From contig BTVJ01000141.1 in assembly GCA_045863395.1 (NCBI GenBank), forward strand, positions 1 to 11,872: DNA of 11,872 bases. The letters run 5' to 3'. This stretch comes from Myxococcales bacterium. GTDB taxonomy: Bacteria; Myxococcota_A; UBA9042; JABWCM01; BTVJ01. The position numbers and the translations under genes are program-made. Numbering within the stretch: position 1 is the stretch's first letter; every line of letters starts with the position of its first letter. Below are positions 7,230 through 11,872 of this stretch, piece after piece. The notes under the pieces were generated by a model that saw nothing but the letters and a program-made list of their open reading frames with translations, ran no database searches and was not told where the DNA came from.

Positions 7230-9458
7230 ATGAAGCTCCCGATCACGAGGATGGTGAGTGTCTCCGCGGGGCTCGCCGCGGTTCTCTCGGGCTGCGCCTC
7301 GGCGCCGGACGACGGTGCGGCGCAGAGCGGGCTCGTCCAAGTCCGGTTCGCGCTTGCGGCGGACTCCGCGAGCGCGGGCTGCCCGAGCGGCCTCAAGTTC
7401 CCGCAGGTGAAGAGCCTGCGGCTCCGCCTGTTCAGCGGCACCCCGGAGTCGGTGGACGCCGCCGCGCCGCTGTTCGACACGAGCGACCCGGCCATCGCCG
7501 CGGACGGCTGCCTCTCCTTCGTCCAGTGCACCAACGGCGCCGTGCGCATCGACGCCCCGGGGGCATCGCAGGCGGCGCGCATCGAGGAGTGCAAGGCGGC
7601 GGGCGGCACGACCGTCGAGGCGCTGGAGATCAACGTCACGGACATCGAGCCCAACGGCAACGTGACCGCCTGGCTGGAGGCCTACTCCGACGAGGGCTGC
7701 CAGGACAAGGTCTTCGTCGGCCTCCGCGGAGGCATCGACATCCAGGCCGGTGAGGACGGGCGGGGCTACTTCATCCAGCCCCTGTGCGTCGGCCACTTCA
7801 CGGAGCTGCCGGACCCGGGGCAGGAGGACGCGGGCTTCATCCGCAACGTCGCGGGGACGACCTGCACGACAGATTGCGAGTGCATCGACGCCTTCAGCGA
7901 CACCCTCAAGATCAAGTGCTCCGACGCGCAGAAGGGCAAGCCCTCCCTGCCCGGGGCCCCGCTCCAGTGCAAGAGCGGCAAGTGCACCACCGGGCACGCC
8001 TTCGAGGACATCCTGACCACCACGTGCACCGACGACGTGCCGTGCACGGCGCTCTACCCGTCGGCGGCCTGCGGGGGTGACGGCTTCTGCCGGGTGACCT
8101 CCTACTATCCGCTCGACATGAAGCACGGGCGGGCCTTCCACACAGCGACGCCCCTGCCCGACGGCCGGGTGCTGCTGGTCGGCGGCCTCGCGAAGAAGGT
8201 GACGGGTGGCGACAAGGGGACGTTCGTGGCCCTGGACGACGCCATCGAGGTCTACGATCCGCGCATTGGCACCTTCTCCGAGATGACGGTGTCCGCGGCG
8301 GAGCAGGGCGCGCTCCAAGGGGACGAGGGGCGACGCGCCTTCCACACGGCGACTCCGCTCCGCGGCGGCAAGTTCCTGGCCGTGTCCGGTGGTGTCCAGG
8401 AGGCGTCCTTGCGCGTCGCGGGCTCGGGCGCGGGCCGGCAGCTCCAGATCGCCACGCCCGCGACGACCGTCGCCGGCGAGGGCAGCAACATGCTCTCCAA
8501 CCTCTTCCTGGTGGACACCGGCGCCCGCATCGGTCGCGCGAAGGCGCTGGGCGTGGACTCCGGGGGCAAGCGCACACCCCAGCCCTTCGCCATGCACACG
8601 TCGTCGGCGGTCCTGTCGCACTCGACGGAGGAGCTGTTCCTCATCGGCGGCATCGCCCCCGACGGCACCCCCATCACCCAGTGCGACAACAAGAGCTCGT
8701 CGCCCTACGCGGACGTCGCCACCAACTGCCAGGTTGGCGATCCCGCCGAGGCGAGCTGCAAGGTCAACCCCTGTGTGCTCCACGCGGCCCGTGCCGCGGC
8801 GTCGGGTGTGTGCTTCGCTGCCGACGACAGCGGCGTCTGCTCCGCCTACGCGGTGATCGGCGGCGCCCTGTCCGACAAGTCCCCGGTGGGCGAGGTCTTC
8901 GCGACGCCCCAAGGCGGCGGCGGGTCCGGTTCGTTCGCTGCCCTGGGGGCCAAGGGCTCCGACGAGCTGCGCCTGGCCAAGTTCGGTGCGACGGTGAGCG
9001 ACCCGGCGACCGGCAGGGCATGGTGGTTCGGCGGCGCGGTGTCAACGACCTTCGACGCGCCCGCGAACGTCGCCACCTATGAGCTGAAGCTGACGGAGAC
9101 GGGCGGCCAGCAGAGCCTGGAGGCCAGCCCGGCGAGCACCACGGCCCTCCAGAGCGCGTCGCTGGCGCTGCGCACCCTCCACGAGGCCACGCGCCTCGAG
9201 AGCGGTGTCATCTTGGTGACCGGCGGGCTCGACTCCAAGACCCAGAGCACGGCGTCGGTGCTGCTCTTCGACCCGGCGGCCAACGCCTACAAGGCGTCGG
9301 ACCTGACCATGGAGCGCTCGCGGTTCGGGCACAGGGCGACCCGCATCGAGTCGGGCCTGCTGAAGGGCGCGGTGCTCGTGACCGGGGGCATGTCCCTCGG
9401 CGCGAACGCGACAGAGCCCGAGCTGGTCCCGACGGCCGAGATCTACATCCCGGAGTGA
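7230..9458 (+). CDS. Kelch-repeat beta-propeller lipoprotein with an N-terminal beta-rich domain and a Cys-rich insert
   Basis: Canonical lipobox LSG-C at residue 22. About seven Kelch-like blades ending in GG: RAFHTATPLPDGRVLLVGG, RAFHTATPLRGGKFLAVSGG, FAMHTSS..LFLIGG, RAAASG..YAVIGG, KFGATV..WWFGG, RTLHEATRLESGVILVTGG and RFGHRATRI..VLVTGG. The protein ends in AEIYIPE. Confidence 0.87.
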   Translation: MKLPITRMVSVSAGLAAVLSGCASAPDDGAAQSGLVQVRFALAADSASAGCPSGLKFPQVKSLRLRLFSGTPESVDAAAPLFDTSDPAIAADGCLSFVQCTNGAVRIDAPGASQAARIEECKAAGGTTVEALEINVTDIEPNGNVTAWLEAYSDEGCQDKVFVGLRGGIDIQAGEDGRGYFIQPLCVGHFTELPDPGQEDAGFIRNVAGTTCTTDCECIDAFSDTLKIKCSDAQKGKPSLPGAPLQCKSGKCTTGHAFEDILTTTCTDDVPCTALYPSAACGGDGFCRVTSYYPLDMKHGRAFHTATPLPDGRVLLVGGLAKKVTGGDKGTFVALDDAIEVYDPRIGTFSEMTVSAAEQGALQGDEGRRAFHTATPLRGGKFLAVSGGVQEASLRVAGSGAGRQLQIATPATTVAGEGSNMLSNLFLVDTGARIGRAKALGVDSGGKRTPQPFAMHTSSAVLSHSTEELFLIGGIAPDGTPITQCDNKSSSPYADVATNCQVGDPAEASCKVNPCVLHAARAAASGVCFAADDSGVCSAYAVIGGALSDKSPVGEVFATPQGGGGSGSFAALGAKGSDELRLAKFGATVSDPATGRAWWFGGAVSTTFDAPANVATYELKLTETGGQQSLEASPASTTALQSASLALRTLHEATRLESGVILVTGGLDSKTQSTASVLLFDPAANAYKASDLTMERSRFGHRATRIESGLLKGAVLVTGGMSLGANATEPELVPTAEIYIPE

Positions 9459-11578
9459 GCTCCGAGCGGCCGCCCCTCCCTCCGCTCCCCCTGGTCGCAG
9501 GAGTCGCCTCCTTCCTGACGTTGATGGTCGCCGCACCGGGCGACGTGTGGCTGCGTGACGCCGGTCAGCTCGGGGCCGCGTCCTGGTCCCTCGGCGTGGC
9601 ACACCCGACGGGTTTTCCCCTGGTCATGGTTGCAGGGCGGCTCGCCAGCCTGCTCCCCCTCGGGAGCCTCGCGTGGCGCATGGGGCTCGTCAGCGCCGCG
9701 TGCGCCGCGTGCGCCATCGGGCTCGCCGTGAGCGTCGCGCTGGCGCTCCTCCCCCGGCAGGTCGGGTGGGTTGCGCGTGCGGTGGTCGCGGGCGCCGTGG
9801 CCGCCGTGCTCCTCGCAAGCCCGACCTGGTGGCTGCACGCCACTGTGCTCGAGGTCTACGCCCCCACCGCCCTGGTGATTGCCGGGGGGGTGCGCCTGCT
9901 GGTCGCGCACGTCGAGGCGCCATCGCGGCGGACGGCGGCGCTCCTCGGCCTCCTGGCCGGGCTCTCCGTCGGAGTCCACGTCACCGGCCCCCTGTGCCTC
10001 GCTGTCGTCTGGGTCGCCCTCCTCGCCGGGCGTCCGCCACGGGAGGCGGGGAGGGTGCTGCTCGTCGCCGTCCCCCTGGCGCTGGCGGGCACCCTGGTGC
10101 TCGCCTACCTCCCGGCGGCGGCCGCCCACGACCCCTGGCGCAACTGGGGAGACCCGTCCACGCTGGCCCGCATCATCGATCACGCGACCGGGGCGAGCAT
10201 CCGCGCGGCCTTCGCTGGCACCATCGGCTCCACCCACCCCCTGGTCCTCGAGGCAAACCTGCTCTCGTACGGCGAGCAGCTCGCGGACGGGGTGGGGGCA
10301 GCCCTGGTCCTGGCCGCCGTCGGGGCCGTGTGGCTCGTCGTGGCCGGGCGCCGCGCGGTCCTCGGCGCGCTCCTGGGCATCTGGCTCGTGGACGCGGCCT
10401 TCACGGTCCTGGTCAACCCCATGGGCATCGTGGATCGGCAGACCGGGGTCCCTTCCCTGGTCGTCGCCGCCGTGCTGGCGGGCGTGGGCGTGGGCGCGGT
10501 GGTGCGGGGGGCGTGGCGCCTGGTGCCCCGGGTTCGCGAGGCGCTCCCGGCCTTGCTGGCCGGCGCCTCCGTTGTCGCCGCCCTCTGGTGGGCCGAGGTT
10601 CCGGAGGGCCTGCGCCCGCAGCCCGGCTGGGCCGAGCTGTGGGGCCGCGCGGCGCTTGCCCAGGTGCCCCCGGGGGGCCTGGTCGCGACGGCCACCGACG
10701 ACACGTCGGGGGTGCTGACCTTCCTCCTCGGGGTGGAGGGCGCCCGCCCCGACGTGGCGCACCTGGAGCTGGCCCACCTCTATGATCCGGGCGCCATCGG
10801 GCACTGGCGCCGGCTGTACGGCGCGGTAGTCCCCGACGAAGCGCTGGACCTCGCCCGCTCGGCGGACCTCCGCTCCACTGAGGTGCAGCGGGGGGTCCTC
10901 GGCGCGATCGTGGCCGAGGCCGAGCGCCGCGGGACCCCCGTGCTGTGGGAGCCCTCCGAGCGCGACCTGGACGTGGTGGTGGAGCCGAGGCTCCGCGGCG
11001 CGTGGCCTCTGTGGCCGCTCGTGCGCGACGGCGACAAGCTCCCCTACCCGGTCACCGACGCCCAGTCGGCCCCGCTGCGCTGGGAGGCGCTGGCGACGCC
11101 CGACGCCGCGGCGCGGCGCCTGCTGGCCCTGACGGCGCGCAGCGCCGCGTTGATTGAGGTCGGGCGGGGCCGCCCCGTGCTCGCCACCGCCCTGCTCGCA
11201 GGGGCGGCGACGCAGGCACCCGACGAGCCCAAGGTGCTCTCGAACCTGCTCACCCTGCGGGCCCGGGCCGGGGCGCTCGACGAGGCCCTGTCCCTGGCGC
11301 GCCACCTGGTGAGGGTCGCTCCGGCGTATGCGGCAGGACGCCTGGACCTCGCGGGCCTCCTCGTCGCGACGGGCAGCCCCGACGAGGCCGAGGAGCACGC
11401 CGAGGCGGGCCTCTCCCTGGCGGCGGGTTCCCGCCAGAGGGCACGGGCGCTGGTGCTCCTGGGGCGCGTTGCGCTGGCCCGAGGCGACGCGACGGAGGCG
11501 GCTCGCAACGCTCGCCTGGCTCTGGAGGCCGCTCCCGGTTCCGAGGAGGCGGAGGCGCTGCTGCGGGAGGCGCGCTGA
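9455..11578 (+). CDS. DUF2723/TMEM260-like multi-pass membrane glycosyltransferase (GT-C fold) with C-terminal TPRs
   Basis: GTGA start/stop overlap with the Kelch gene. The motif RDAGQLGAASWSLGVAHPTGFPL resembles the DUF2723 'D.GE...LG..HPPGYP'. LEVYAP and NWGDPST motifs are also present. Many hydrophobic helices precede a soluble region and C-terminal TPR-like helices (APDEPKVLSNL.., APAYAAGRLDLA.., ALEAAPGSEEA). Confidence 0.8.
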   Translation: MSSERPPLPPLPLVAGVASFLTLMVAAPGDVWLRDAGQLGAASWSLGVAHPTGFPLVMVAGRLASLLPLGSLAWRMGLVSAACAACAIGLAVSVALALLPRQVGWVARAVVAGAVAAVLLASPTWWLHATVLEVYAPTALVIAGGVRLLVAHVEAPSRRTAALLGLLAGLSVGVHVTGPLCLAVVWVALLAGRPPREAGRVLLVAVPLALAGTLVLAYLPAAAAHDPWRNWGDPSTLARIIDHATGASIRAAFAGTIGSTHPLVLEANLLSYGEQLADGVGAALVLAAVGAVWLVVAGRRAVLGALLGIWLVDAAFTVLVNPMGIVDRQTGVPSLVVAAVLAGVGVGAVVRGAWRLVPRVREALPALLAGASVVAALWWAEVPEGLRPQPGWAELWGRAALAQVPPGGLVATATDDTSGVLTFLLGVEGARPDVAHLELAHLYDPGAIGHWRRLYGAVVPDEALDLARSADLRSTEVQRGVLGAIVAEAERRGTPVLWEPSERDLDVVVEPRLRGAWPLWPLVRDGDKLPYPVTDAQSAPLRWEALATPDAAARRLLALTARSAALIEVGRGRPVLATALLAGAATQAPDEPKVLSNLLTLRARAGALDEALSLARHLVRVAPAYAAGRLDLAGLLVATGSPDEAEEHAEAGLSLAAGSRQRARALVLLGRVALARGDATEAARNARLALEAAPGSEEAEALLREAR

Positions 11579-11596
11579 CGGGCTGGGCAGCCTTCC

Positions 11597-11734
11597 GAGC
11601 ACGGCGTAGGCGACGCAGAGGAAGTTGCCGGTGCCGCAGGCCGGGTCGAGCACGCGCACGTCGTGCAGGCGCCGCAGGAATGGGAGGAGCATCTTCTGCG
11701 CGGCCTCGTTCGCCTTCGTCTCGGCGTTACGCAG
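11597..11734 (-). pseudogene. Remnant of an N6-adenine DNA methyltransferase (MmeI/type IIL-like RM enzyme), SAM-binding motif I only
   Basis: The minus-strand frame reads ...AAQKMLLPFLRRLHDVRVLDPACGTGNFLCVAYAVL (DPACGTG at 11647-11627). It then runs straight into the antisense of the glycosyltransferase gene with no NPPY/F motif IV. The upstream in-frame residues do not look like an MTase. Confidence 0.72.
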
Positions 11735-11872
11735 GCCGCCGCCCAGGGCGACGCAGGTGTCATGGGCGCACGCCGTCAACGCGGGAACGAGGTCTCGCCG
11801 GGCCGCAAGCACGGATCCAGCGGTGGGCGGATGGGCAGGTCGTTTCGGCACCCGCAGACGCCTCCGCTGCCG

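Noticed and set aside
6138..8912. 924-aa minus-strand ORF and other overlapping Arg-rich ORFs in the track
   Set aside because: Shadow ORFs of the PEGA and Kelch genes, with no domain signatures.
7230..9458. Galactose oxidase/glyoxal oxidase call for the Kelch protein
   Set aside because: The protein ends at the last blade, without the C-terminal Ig-like domain that supplies a copper ligand. No copper-radical site residues could be identified.
9443..11851. 802-aa minus-strand ORF as an intact DNA methyltransferase overlapping the glycosyltransferase gene
   Set aside because: Only residues ~40-85 are MTase-like. The remainder is antisense read-through of the DUF2723 gene with no motif IV.

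Overview
Very GC-rich bacterial DNA. Its protein style (relaxed lipoboxes, Cys-rich lipoproteins with D-x-G linkers, a PEGA protein with a WWFW anchor, a Kelch lipoprotein) suggests Myxococcota or related deltaproteobacteria; this is inference. The window holds one minus-strand repeat-rich small lipoprotein gene (8-628). Divergent from it are six closely packed plus-strand cell-envelope genes: a lipoprotein with two 10-Cys modules (837-1697), a TPR protein with a probable degenerate P-loop-type N-domain (1704-3212), a POTRA-less Omp85-family barrel fused to an HExxH zinc-peptidase domain and a TolB-like propeller (3205-6108), a membrane-anchored PEGA protein (6279-7223), a Cys-rich Kelch-propeller lipoprotein (7230-9458) and a DUF2723/TMEM260-like GT-C glycosyltransferase with C-terminal TPRs (9455-11578). 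A near-consensus sigma70 promoter lies between the third and fourth plus-strand genes. The right end carries a short remnant of an MmeI-like N6-adenine DNA methyltransferase on the minus strand. The main hypothesis is a surface-protein export, processing and O-glycosylation locus. No RNA genes, CRISPR arrays or intact mobile elements were recognised.
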